From Mycoplasma mobile 163K (lineage in GTDB: Bacteria; Bacillota_I; Bacilli_A; Mycoplasmatales; Metamycoplasmataceae): a stretch of 32,000 nucleotides of DNA. The position numbers and the translations under genes are program-made. Where the stretch lies: positions 540,001 through 572,000 of the forward strand of contig NC_006908.1 of assembly GCF_000008365.1 (NCBI RefSeq), written 5' to 3'. This document shows, in pieces, positions 10,180-19,326 of this stretch (its first letter is position 1; each line of letters opens with the position of its first letter). The notes below the pieces were generated by a model. That model ran no database searches. It saw only the letters and a program-made list of their open reading frames with translations, and was not told the DNA's origin.

Positions 10180-10884
10180 TTATTTTTTTGAAGAATCATC
10201 TTTTTCAAATTCATTGAAATATAAGTCTCTTTTTTTAATAAAGTAATCATTATAAGTAATTACACCAGATTCTAGTAAAAAGTTTAATGTATTCAATTTT
10301 TCAATACTATTATTTGATAGTTGTGAAATGATTGCATCTTGGTTTTGAGTTGCAACCCCCATTGATTCACGAACTAATAAATTTTGAGTAGTTGAATCAA
10401 AATTATTTACAGCTGGTACAAATGCTGTTCCAAGGTGTAATTGAGTTGGGTAATGTTGAGCATGAGATGGTACTAAATTATTAGTATCTACAACTTGAGT
10501 ATAATCTACAACTGGGAAATTTTGAGCATTGTAATTTGATGAAGGCATATTACCTGTTACATCTACCATAGAAGGCTGCCCAAAAGATAAATCATCATTT
10601 TGATTTGAGTAGTAACCTTGTTGAGTATTTAAGTTTTGTGTGTTGTAATCGTAAGGGTACTCTTCTTGATAATAATTTCCATTACCATTAATCATTTGAT
10701 TGTTATCTACTTGATTATCATATTGCCCGTAATAATTATTTGCTTGATTATTACCAACATTCATTGTGTCAAAATCTTGACTTGGGTTTATTGTTGGACA
10801 TTCCATTGTAATTGGATGTGTTTTGCAAAAAAGTTCCCCATTTGCATTCCTTTTAATTTTACATTTTTTCATTTGTGTCTCCAT
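10180..10884 (-). CDS. Q/N/Y-rich low-complexity protein with C-terminal SHOCT-like domain
   Basis: Intact 234-aa ORF. Residues ~40-165 are N/Q/Y/G-rich (NNQANNYYGQYDNQVDNNQMINGNGNYYQEEYPYDYNTQNLNTQQGYYSNQ). The C-terminus IEKLNTLNFLLESGVITYNDYFIKKRDLY matches the SHOCT pattern (L..L..LL..G.IT..EF...K..L). The real start may be the second ATG (10870-10872), which is preceded by GGAG at a 6-nt spacing. Confidence 0.75.
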   Translation of the reverse strand: METQMKKCKIKRNANGELFCKTHPITMECPTINPSQDFDTMNVGNNQANNYYGQYDNQVDNNQMINGNGNYYQEEYPYDYNTQNLNTQQGYYSNQNDDLSFGQPSMVDVTGNMPSSNYNAQNFPVVDYTQVVDTNNLVPSHAQHYPTQLHLGTAFVPAVNNFDSTTQNLLVRESMGVATQNQDAIISQLSNNSIEKLNTLNFLLESGVITYNDYFIKKRDLYFNEFEKDDSSKK

Positions 10885-10959
10885 TTAAAGTTCATTTTTT
10901 ATTTTTTTAATATTATCATTATATCATTATTTTTGAAATTTATAATGTAAAAAAATCAA

Positions 10960-11730
10960 TTATCTTCTAAAAAATCTTAAAGCAAAAAGAACTAAATTAA
11001 TAAAATCAATAAATAGTTTTAGAGCAAATATAATGCTTATTTTTAAAAAATCTAAATTAGAATAATTATCTGTATTTACCATGTGATCATTTGTTTTTCT
11101 TATTACATATAAATCGAATCCGATCCACCCTGAAAAAATTAAAATTCCTAAAACAGAATAAATTGAAACTAATATATCACTAAAAATTCACCAAAAAAGA
11201 ACACCAATAATAATCAAAGTGAATGTTCCAAAAGTTAAAATAGGTACTAATTTAGAAAAATTAAATATTTTAAAATATCCTAAAATTCCCATAAAGATTA
11301 AAATTCCAAAAGGAATTAATAATGCAAGTAAAATGTTTCTTCCAAATTCAATTGAATTTCCTGAATAAATTAAGAAAATAAAAGAAACAATAAAACTTTC
11401 AATTAAAACAAAAATCAAGAATGCAAAAACAATTGAGAATAAACTTTTGTTTTTATTTACTAAATAATTAATTAAAAAAACTAAAACAAATTGTAATAAA
11501 GAGCCAATAATTCAAAAAGAGGTTATTCCAATATCTGATGAAGAAATAAAATTAATAAAAATGTTTCTTAAACCTTCATTAAAGGTAACACTTAAAGCAA
11601 AAAGCAAAACTAAAGAAATAGCAAGACCAAATCACATTAATGTAAATGATAATAATTTATTACTATTTTTTGTATATGTATAACTTAGAGTTTTTTTTCT
11701 AAAATTAAAAATGTTAGCATTATTTGTCAT
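10960..11730 (-). CDS. Bax inhibitor-1/YccA (TMBIM) family membrane protein
   Basis: ORF 11188-11418 extends both ways through TGA codons; the full scan 10960-11730 showed no in-frame TAA/TAG. It is a 256-aa multi-TM protein ending ...GWIGFDLYVIRK...ISIIFALKLFIDFINLVLFALRFFRR, the characteristic BI-1/YccA C-terminal signature. Confidence 0.8.
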
Positions 11731-11777
11731 TTTGCTCCTTTTTCATATAAAAGTGAACTTGTTTTACTTTTAGTTTC

Positions 11778-12629
11778 TTATTTTTTACTTTTTTTGTCAT
11801 ATTTTTCAACATTTTTCTTAAGTTTTCTTAAATAATGATTTAAAGCACTTTTAGATTTGTTTATTTGGAATGTTTCGGAAAAAATTTTACTCAATTCATT
11901 CAATGATTCAAATCTGTTTTGTTTTTTTAATTTAAAAAAACTTAATTCATCTTCTGTAAATAGTTTTTCTAAATTATTATCTATTATAAATTGATAATCT
12001 TCTAAATATTTAAAATGGGTTTCTACTAATTTTTTTTGATTTAAAATAGAAAGATTAGTGATTTTATTATTGTAATTCAAATAATCTCTTTCAATTCTAG
12101 AATCTTCAAATTTTAAATAATTTTTTATAGCTCCAATAGCTTTTAAAAAATCGCTAATCATTTCAGACTTCTTAATGTAAATTATGTCTCTATTATTTTT
12201 AGTAAAAATTTGAAAAGGCAAATTATGTTTTTTAAGATGATTAAGAATTTGTTCGGAAAATCTTTTGGAATTTATTTTAAGCTCTAGATGATAAAATTTA
12301 CTACTTAAATTACTTATTGATCCACCTGAAAAAAAGACACCTGAAAAAAAATGTGTAAATTCACTTGAAGGATATTCTTTAAAAATATTTTTATCTAAAA
12401 TTTCAATTTTAGAAGTTGAATTTTGAACTTTTTTAAAGCTAATTTTAAAAAAGTCTAATAGTAAGTTTATCTCATCTATATATTTTTTATTTCTCAAAGA
12501 AATAGTAAAAACATTTTCACTTTCTTCAATAATATTTGCAAAAAGAAAACCTTGTAAAAATAGCTTTTTTTCTTGCTTATTTCTTTTATTTGAGATTATT
12601 TCGTTTTTTACTTCACTAGAAAATGACAT
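11778..12629 (-). CDS. whiA: DNA-binding protein WhiA
   Basis: 283-aa intact ORF with the canonical WhiA N-terminus MSFSSEVKNEI, LAGLIDADG-derived middle region and a C-terminal HTH region (SKSALNHYLRKLKK). Confidence 0.9.
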   Translation of the reverse strand: MSFSSEVKNEIISNKRNKQEKKLFLQGFLFANIIEESENVFTISLRNKKYIDEINLLLDFFKISFKKVQNSTSKIEILDKNIFKEYPSSEFTHFFSGVFFSGGSISNLSSKFYHLELKINSKRFSEQILNHLKKHNLPFQIFTKNNRDIIYIKKSEMISDFLKAIGAIKNYLKFEDSRIERDYLNYNNKITNLSILNQKKLVETHFKYLEDYQFIIDNNLEKLFTEDELSFFKLKKQNRFESLNELSKIFSETFQINKSKSALNHYLRKLKKNVEKYDKKSKK

Positions 12630-12646
12630 TTTTTAATTCTTCAAAA

Positions 12647-12874
12647 TTACTTTGCATTTTTCATAGAACGCATTACACTTTTAATATGTGATTCGGATGG
12701 TTTTCTACCCATTTGTAAAAACATTGCCCTAATCATTTTTTCATTAATTGGAGGATTTTCTCTCAATTGTTTTTCGAAATAACGTTTTGTTAGGAAAAAA
12801 CCAACAACTAAACCAACAATGGTAAATAGAATTGAAAGACCAACAATAAGCCCTATTGCAAGACCAATTTCCAT
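12647..12874 (-). CDS. UPF0154 (YneF-like) small membrane protein
   Basis: 75-aa ORF with one N-terminal TM helix followed by TKRYFEKQLRENPPINEKMIRAMFLQMGRKPSE, the conserved YneF-family motif. Confidence 0.88.
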   Translation of the reverse strand: MEIGLAIGLIVGLSILFTIVGLVVGFFLTKRYFEKQLRENPPINEKMIRAMFLQMGRKPSESHIKSVMRSMKNAK

Positions 12875-12932
12875 AATACCTCCCTAAGAATTTTATTTTA
12901 TAACATTATAATACAATAATAATTCATTAAAA

Positions 12933-13904
12933 TTATTTTCTTATTCCTTTTACAACAAAATAAAAAATAATCGGAATAACAAAAACAATTAATATTGAAA
13001 AAATAAAAATTTTTAAATAAAACTTATTTCTATTTTTTCTTATACTTTCAATAACTTCTATTTTTATTACTTCTTGATCAAAATAAGCAAGAAAGTTTAT
13101 TGATTGAAATCTTCTTATTAAGGAAAAAATAAGTGTTATTAAAATTACTAGTAAAATTGAAGAACCAAATAAAATAGTTGCTCAAAAAGGATTAAATGGG
13201 GTAGGGAAAGCATTTGAAATTCACAATTGAAAATTTAATGCTCCATTTAATCAATTTTGAGATTGAATTCCCCAAAATATCAGTGTAAAAATCCCGACAT
13301 AAAAAGTATAAAAAATTGCAAACCAAATAGTAGAAATGTGCTTTTTTTGCATTTTAATATAAAAATCAGTTATTAAGGAATTTGAGTTTAAATCTCCTTC
13401 AATTGTTAAGGTTTTTGTTAATTTATTAAGGCCTTTAAACTCAATAAGAGAAATAAAAAAATTATAAAGTAAAAATAAAATAACTATACTTGGAATAACA
13501 TAAAAACCAAGATTTGAAATTGGAATTGCATTAGTGAAAAACAAAATTAATAATAATACCAATAAAAAAATGAAAAAAGAAGTTGAAATCATAACAAAAG
13601 TTCTCAGCTTCTTTTCAGAAATTAACAAACTTAGTTTTCCTTTTTTAACCTCTGTGTTTTTAGATTGTTTTACATCTGTTTTTTCTTCGCTAGTATTCGA
13701 AAATTCTTTTGTCTCAGGAATGTGTGGATTTAGTGAATTACAAGATTGAATAATAAGAGTATTATTTGATAACTTAGAATTTTTAGCTTGATTTTCTAAT
13801 TCAGAATTGTCAAAATATAAAATACTTGATTTTTTTGCAAGCTTCTTTTCTTCATTAAATTCAATAACTTCTGTAGTATCGATATTTATTGGTTTTAAAT
13901 TCAC
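12933..13904 (-). CDS. hypothetical polytopic membrane protein
   Basis: ORF 13251-13904 continues through three TGA codons to TAA 12933-12935 (scanned, no other stops). It has a ~110-aa hydrophilic N-terminus followed by about 5 hydrophobic helices. A GTG start at 13902-13904 is the only start codon after the upstream in-frame TAG. Confidence 0.6.
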
Positions 13905-13962
13905 TATTACATTATAAAACTATTTAAACAAAAATGAAAAACAAAACAACTAAAGCAAAATT

Positions 13963-13987
13963 TAATATATAATTAATTTATAAATTA
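13963..13987. promoter_or_regulatory. imperfect 25-bp palindrome in the arsR promoter region (candidate autoregulatory operator)
   Basis: TAATATATAATTAATTTATAAATTA has 10 of 12 arm positions self-complementary. It lies just upstream of a TAATAT -10-like box and the gaagg RBS of the ArsR-family gene. Palindromes arise easily in AT-rich DNA, so confidence is low. Confidence 0.25.
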
Positions 13988-14007
13988 GTGTAATATTGAA
14001 GGTAAAA

Positions 14008-14334
14008 ATGAAAGTAACAGTAACGGAATTTCTAAAAGCATGTTCATCAGATATGAAATTGAGGATTCTTGTAAATTTTTGAGATTGCAAATGTAATGAC
14101 ACATGTGTAAATGAAATTGTGAACAAATTCAAAACTTCTCAAGCAAATATTTCTCAACATTTAAGTGGTTTAAAGGATATGAATATTATTGTTTCTAAAA
14201 AAGACTCAAGAAGAAGAATCTATTCAATAAATAAAGATGTAAGAAAAACATTTGATTCTTTGTTTAAAGAAATTATTCTTCATGATGATCTAAATAAATG
14301 ACTTTGTAAGTGTCAAAATCCAGAAGTAAGTTAA
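14008..14334 (+). CDS. ArsR/SmtB-family metalloregulator-like transcriptional repressor
   Basis: ATG 14008 to TAA 14332-14334, passing through two TGA codons; the track shows only 14119-14301. The sequence MKVTVTEFLKACSSDMKLRILVNFWDCKCNDTCVNEIVNKFKTSQANISQHLSGLKDMNIIVSKKDSRRRIYSINK contains an ArsR wHTH (SQANISQHLSxL). There are Cys clusters CKCNDTC at the alpha-3 position and CKC at the C-terminus. Confidence 0.85.
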
Positions 14335-14360
14335 AAATAAAACTCAAAGAGTTTTATTTT
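14334..14360. terminator. bidirectional rho-independent terminator between convergent genes
   Basis: aaaataaaactc aaa gagttttatttt forms a perfect 12-bp stem with a 3-nt loop and T-runs on both strands. It sits right after the arsR-like stop and abuts the stop of the minus-strand membrane gene. Confidence 0.7.
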
Positions 14361-14770
14361 TATTTATTCAAAATTACCAAAGATATTATTAAAAAAGTAA
14401 TTTGAATTAAACTGATAATAATTATGTTAAATCATGTTTTATTATTTGAAACTTTTCTAAATTGAATAATATCAATTTTTTCTAAAGATTTTTTTTCCTC
14501 TGGTAAATAAAGATTTTTCTCAATTTTTCTTTGATTTTTTCGATTGAAAAGATTTAATCTAAAATTCTCTATGAAAATTGTTCTAGTAAAAATCACATAT
14601 AAAATTGTAGAGCAAATCATAATTAAAGAAGCTAAAAACAAACCGTTTTCTCATGTTTTATTATTTCCTAAATAAACACTTAAAACCATTATTATAAATG
14701 TTAGTATTAAATTGGAAATGATTAAGAGCAAATTTTTTCAATTCAAATTTTGCTTTCAATATTTTTTCAT
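14360..14770 (-). CDS. small hydrophobic membrane protein (about 3 TM helices), immediately downstream of oppF
   Basis: ATG 14768-14770 to TAA 14360-14362, 136 codons, four internal TGA codons, checked codon by codon. It starts 22 nt after the oppF stop on the same strand with no intervening hairpin. The sequence is MKKYWKQNLNWKNLLLIISNLILTFIIMVLSVYLG...FLASLIMICSTILYVIF...FNIIIISLIQITFLIISLVILNK. Confidence 0.6.
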
Positions 14771-14791
14771 GGTTATATTATAAGCATAATT

Positions 14792-17068
14792 TTATTTATT
14801 AATTCAATGATTAAATTGTTCTTCTGTTGCTAAAACATGATGGTTTTCAGCAACTTCATGTAAAATAGGAGGATTACCTAAACTTTGTTCATTTAAATAA
14901 GTAAGTTCAAAATTTGAAGATTTGAATTTTTCATTTGCATTTGAAATTTTTGGAATTGAATCAAATAAAGAAATAGTATAAGGGTGGATAGGATTTTCAA
15001 AAATCTTTTCTGTTTTTCCTCTTTCTACAATTCTACCATAGTGCATAATGATAATGGAATCTGCAATATATTCAACCATAGATAAATCATGAGCTATAAA
15101 AATTAATCCAATTTTTTTAGTTTTGCACAGGTCTTTTAATAAATTGACAACTTGAGCTTGAATAGAAATATCTAAAGATGCAATTGGCTCATCTGCAATA
15201 ATTACTTTTGGATTTGTAATTAGAGCTCTTGCGATTACAATTCTTTGTCTTTGTCCACCAGAAAATTCATGAGGGTATCTATATGCGAATTGTCTTAATA
15301 ACCCAACATCTTCAAGAGCAGAATAAATAATTTCTTTTGCAAAGATATCTTTTACAAAATATTTTGAAAACAAATTCTCTTTCATTCCAAGTAAATGTTC
15401 TAATTTTTTAATTTCTTTTTTCAAAAGATTTTTTTCAATTTCAAATGATTCTAAAGTGTCTTTTTTTTCAAATAATCTTGTTTTAAAAGATAGAGTTTTT
15501 GTTTTTCAAGAATTAATTGTATGTTTGTTTTTTTCTAGAAAAATTTCTGTTTCAATTCTTTTAAAAAAGTAATTCAATAAATTCTGAAAATATAAATCAA
15601 GAGATTCTTTTTTTAATTTTATTTCATCTTGAATTGATTTTGCCTTTATAAAATCTTCTTTATATTTTGAAATAGTTTTGCTATGTTTTACTAAGTATTC
15701 TGATAATTCTTGATCATTTTTTTCTTTTGTAGATTTTAAATTTAATTTAGCTTTTTCAATATCTTGAACATTATATGTTGGAATTTTTGAAATTGAACCC
15801 ATTTTTTTTCTTAATTCATTAATGTTATCTTTGTACTCTTTTTTCTCGTTTAAAATTGTAATTCTAGTTTGATTTGATTTACTTAATTCTTTCTTATATG
15901 AAAATTCATAACCATTTAAAATTTGTTTTTTATTTACTTTATTTTCGTTTTCAAAAGAATTAAAATATCTTAAGTTGTAATTTTTTTGAAATTCTATTAA
16001 TTTACTTATTTCTTCAATTGTTAAATATTTTAATAAATTTAAATTTTTAGATAAAAGACTAAAAGATTTTTTATATATTAAATATCATTTGTAATTTATT
16101 AAAAAATCCTTTTGATTAAGTGAGATGTTTTTTTGCTGCAAAAATAACTTTAAATTATTTTTAAACTCTTCTAAATAATTTTTTAAGGTATTCTTTCTTC
16201 TAGAAATTTTTTCTCTTTGTTTAAACTTAAAAGATTTCAAATATTTTTTTTGTTCAAAAATTTGCTCTAATAATTTTTCTCTTTCTAAAGAAACTTTAGA
16301 TAATTTAATTACTTTTTTCAAATTTTCAGTTGCCTCAATTAAATCTTTTTCATCTATAAATAAATCATCTTTTCGATATTTTTCCATTCCTTCTAAATAG
16401 GAATTAAAAATTTTCTTTGTTGTTTCAAAATATTTTGTAACAACTTTGGATTCCATATTTTGTTTTGATTCTAAAAATAAAAACATCTCTGAAAAAACTT
16501 CATCAAATTCACTCTCTGAAGTATTTATAAGTTTTAATTTCTTTTCTCATTTTGAAATAAAATCTAATTCTACTTCATTTTCAAAAACAATATTTTCCAA
16601 ACTTGTTTTGTGATAATTTTCAATAAAAGTATATTTGAAAAACTTCTTAACTTGTTCTCAATCAGAAAAAATGTCTTTGTATTTGTTTTTTAAAACTTTG
16701 TTAATTATTAAAGACTCTTTTAAAATTGAATAAACAGTTTTTTGAGAATTCATCGAAGTGTGAGGATCTTGAAAGATCATTTGAATATTTTTGTGTAAAA
16801 ATAAGCGATTTTTCTTGCTTATTTTTTTTCCAGAAATTACATTTCCATCTAAAGAAACAAAACCATTATAATCATCATATAATCTAATTAAAGAACGGCC
16901 TAAAGTTGTTTTTCCAGAGCCGCTTTCTCCAATTAAACCTAAAATTTCTCCTTCTTCTAAATCAAAACTAACATTTTGAACAGCTTTAAGAATACCATTT
17001 TTATTTGCAAAGAATTTTTGCAAATTTATTACCTTTAATAAAATTTCTTGTTCTTCACTTTTATTCAT
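14792..17068 (-). CDS. oppF: oligopeptide ABC transporter ATP-binding protein OppF with ~440-aa internal K/E/L-rich insertion
   Basis: Four track ORFs (16658-17068, 16085-16486, 15506-15802, 14804-15424) are one frame; all three gaps were scanned and contain only sense/TGA codons. Total 758 aa. Walker A GESGSGKTT and Q-loop MIFQDP lie at the N-terminus. YPHEFSGGQRQR, Walker B VIIADEPIASLD and H-loop IAHDL lie about 440 residues later. Confidence 0.9.
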
Positions 17069-19325
17069 TAAAAACCTTCTTAAATAATTTTATTCTTTCT
17101 TGAATTTTTCTATTCATTGGAACTTTTGGAGCATCTGGATGCAATAATCAAGTTGCTGCAGCATGAGTTTTATTAATTCAAAACAATGGTGGTTCTTTTT
17201 CAAAATCTATTTCTAAAGCATGTTCATTTCTAGATGCGAAAGGGTCTCCTGCAGGTAAATTTGCCATGTCAGGTGGTAATCCTTGAATGTTGTAAAGTTT
17301 TTCTTCTTTATTTTCAGGAATTGAGCTAATTAAAGCTCAAGTGTAAGGATGTCTAGGGTCTTCAAAAATCTCTTTTTTAGTTCCTCTTTCTACTATTTTT
17401 CCAGCATACATAACATAGATATAGTCACAAAATTTTGCAACAACACTAATATTATGAGAAATAAAAATAATTGAAATTCCAAATTCTTGTCTAATTTTTT
17501 CAAATAAAACTAATACTGAAGCTTGAACAGTTGGATCTAAAGCAGTTGTGGGCTCATCTGCAATAATTATTTTTGGTTGCCTTGCAACAACCATTGCAAT
17601 AACTACTCTTTGCTTTTGTCCACCGCTCAAAGTATGTGGGTATGAATTGAATTTTTCCTTTGCATTTCTAATTCCAAATGATTCTAGTAAATCAATTGAA
17701 AATTTAATTTTTTCTTCTTTTGATTTAAATCTTGAATCTCTTTCAATACAATCTAGCAATTGTTTTCCAATTGTTCTTGTGGGATTTAAAGAAGTAAGTG
17801 GATCTTGAGGAATATAACCAATGTATTTTCCTCTAATATTATTTCATTGTGAATCTTCTTTTAAAGATAGTAAGTCAATATTTTCTAATTTCATTACATC
17901 TGCATCTACAATTGCTCCGAAATTAATATTAATTAAAGCTTTTGAAGTAACTGATTTTCCGGAACCACTTTCACCAACAAAACCAATAATTTGCCCTCTT
18001 TTAACACTTACATCAACACCTCTAATAATATTAATAACTTTTTTTCTTCCAGTTTTAAAAGAAACTTTTAAATTTTTAACTTTTAAAATTGTCTCTTCTT
18101 GGAAATTTTTAGCATCTGTATTTTGTAGTGTAGAGGCTAAAGATATAGTATTTTTTAAAATATTCTCATTCATTAATTCACTAGGAGTTTTTGAAAGAAT
18201 TTCAATTGCTGGTAAAATTTTTCCTTGAAGATAAGTAGAAACAGCAAGTTTATTTGGAGAAACATGGTTAAATCTCTTTCTCAAATCTTCATTAACAAGT
18301 TTGAAAATATTATATCCATATATCCCAATAAAAGTTTCCTCAGAAGTTTTTGATAAAATTTCTATTAATTTTTGAGTACCTTTTTTAGCGCTAGAATATT
18401 TTGTATTTCCTAATGCTTCAAATCAAAGAACTTTTTTTGCCTTAAATATAATTTCTTCAAATTTTTTTACAGAATCTTCATGTACATCATAAATTTTTTC
18501 TTTGCTTAAAGATAGAAAAATATTATATTTTTCAGGAATGATTAGTTGGTTTTTTCTTGCTACAAGAAATTTTTTTGTAACTTCAACTTCTTTGATAGAA
18601 ATTTCTTTATGATCAATTTTATTTTTATTAACTGAATTAAAAATATAAGCTAATTTTCCACCTAAAATAATTCTGTCAAATTTTTTTAATAAAAAATTTA
18701 ACTCTCTTGCTTTTTCCAAAATAGAATCACCAGATAAAATTGCTAGACTAGGCCTAGTTTTAGGGTTTGTGTCAATAAGTCTTTTTAGAATAAGCAACTC
18801 TTTTTTAACAGATTCTCCAATAAATTTTGATTCTTTAAAAGTAGCAATTCCATAATTGGAAGCTGTTTTCTTAAAAGAAATATCAAAAGCATCATTAACA
18901 AAATCGTCTGCTAAACTTGCTCAATATTTTGATAAATCTAAATTATTATTCGATTCTGCATTATTTTTTGCATCTTCTTTTAAAACATTGTCAACTAATA
19001 AAATTTCTCCATTTTTTAAATCATTAATTAAATTTTCTAAAACTTCTCCACTAGTCTCTACTGAAAATTTTATTTTTAAGTTTAAAACTTTTTCAAGGGA
19101 CTCTTTTAAAAAATTAATTGAAGACATTTTTTCTTCAGAAAGATTATGATGAGTTAACAAAACAATTTTTGCTCCATCTTTTACTAATTTGTTAATTGTT
19201 GGAAGTGAATCTAAAATTTTTTGTTCGAATAAAAATTTATCATTTTTAAAAGGAATATTGTAATCAACACGCACAAAAACAACTCTATTATTAAAATTAT
19301 GATTTCCTATAGTTTGAATTTTCAT
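17067..19325 (-). CDS. oppD: fusion protein: degenerate phosphoglycerate kinase-like domain (aa 1 to ~377) + linker + OppD oligopeptide ABC transporter ATP-binding domain
   Basis: Track ORFs 18921-19325, 18423-18797, 17844-18284 and 17337-17759 share one frame. I translated all junctions (18798-18920, 18285-18422, 17760-17843, 17067-17336) and found no TAA/TAG; 752 codons in total. The N-terminal part aligns along its whole length with the pgk product at 25471-27006. The C-terminal part has GESGSGKS, LSGGQKQR, IIIADEPTTALD, SHNISV and the Opp C-terminal motif. The start is 1 nt after the oppC stop and the stop overlaps the oppF ATG. Confidence 0.85.
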
Positions 19326-19326
19326 T

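Noticed and set aside
10885-10960. Short direct repeats (atgata...atgata, tataat-like boxes) between the BI-1 gene and the Q/N-rich gene, considered as a possible regulatory repeat
   Set aside because: They are indistinguishable from chance in DNA of this A+T content. The simplest reading is an ordinary -10 region for the downstream gene.
17821-18228. Plus-strand ORFs lying antisense to conserved genes. Coordinates: 394-579, 3026-3397, 3635-3997, 4277-4564, 6968-7219, 8327-8647, 9944-10126, 10636-10950, 13534-13749, 17548-17808, 17821-18228, 18856-19149, 19299-19544, 19571-19873, 25982-26167, 26453-26989.
   Set aside because: All lie entirely opposite well-supported genes. Their products are low-complexity F/L/I/S-rich, as expected from the reverse complement of K/E/N-rich coding sequence. 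They have no RBS and no recognisable motifs. These are shadow ORFs typical of AT-rich genomes.
18093-19325. The PGK-like segment as a decaying pseudogene remnant left between oppC and oppD
   Set aside because: About 377 codons remain open with no TAA/TAG or frameshift, although the catalytic residues are replaced. The start is positioned 1 nt after the oppC stop, as for a translationally coupled operon gene, and the frame runs seamlessly into OppD. Neutral decay in such AT-rich DNA would rapidly create TAA/TAG stops. Separate initiation of OppD at an internal ATG cannot be excluded from the sequence alone.
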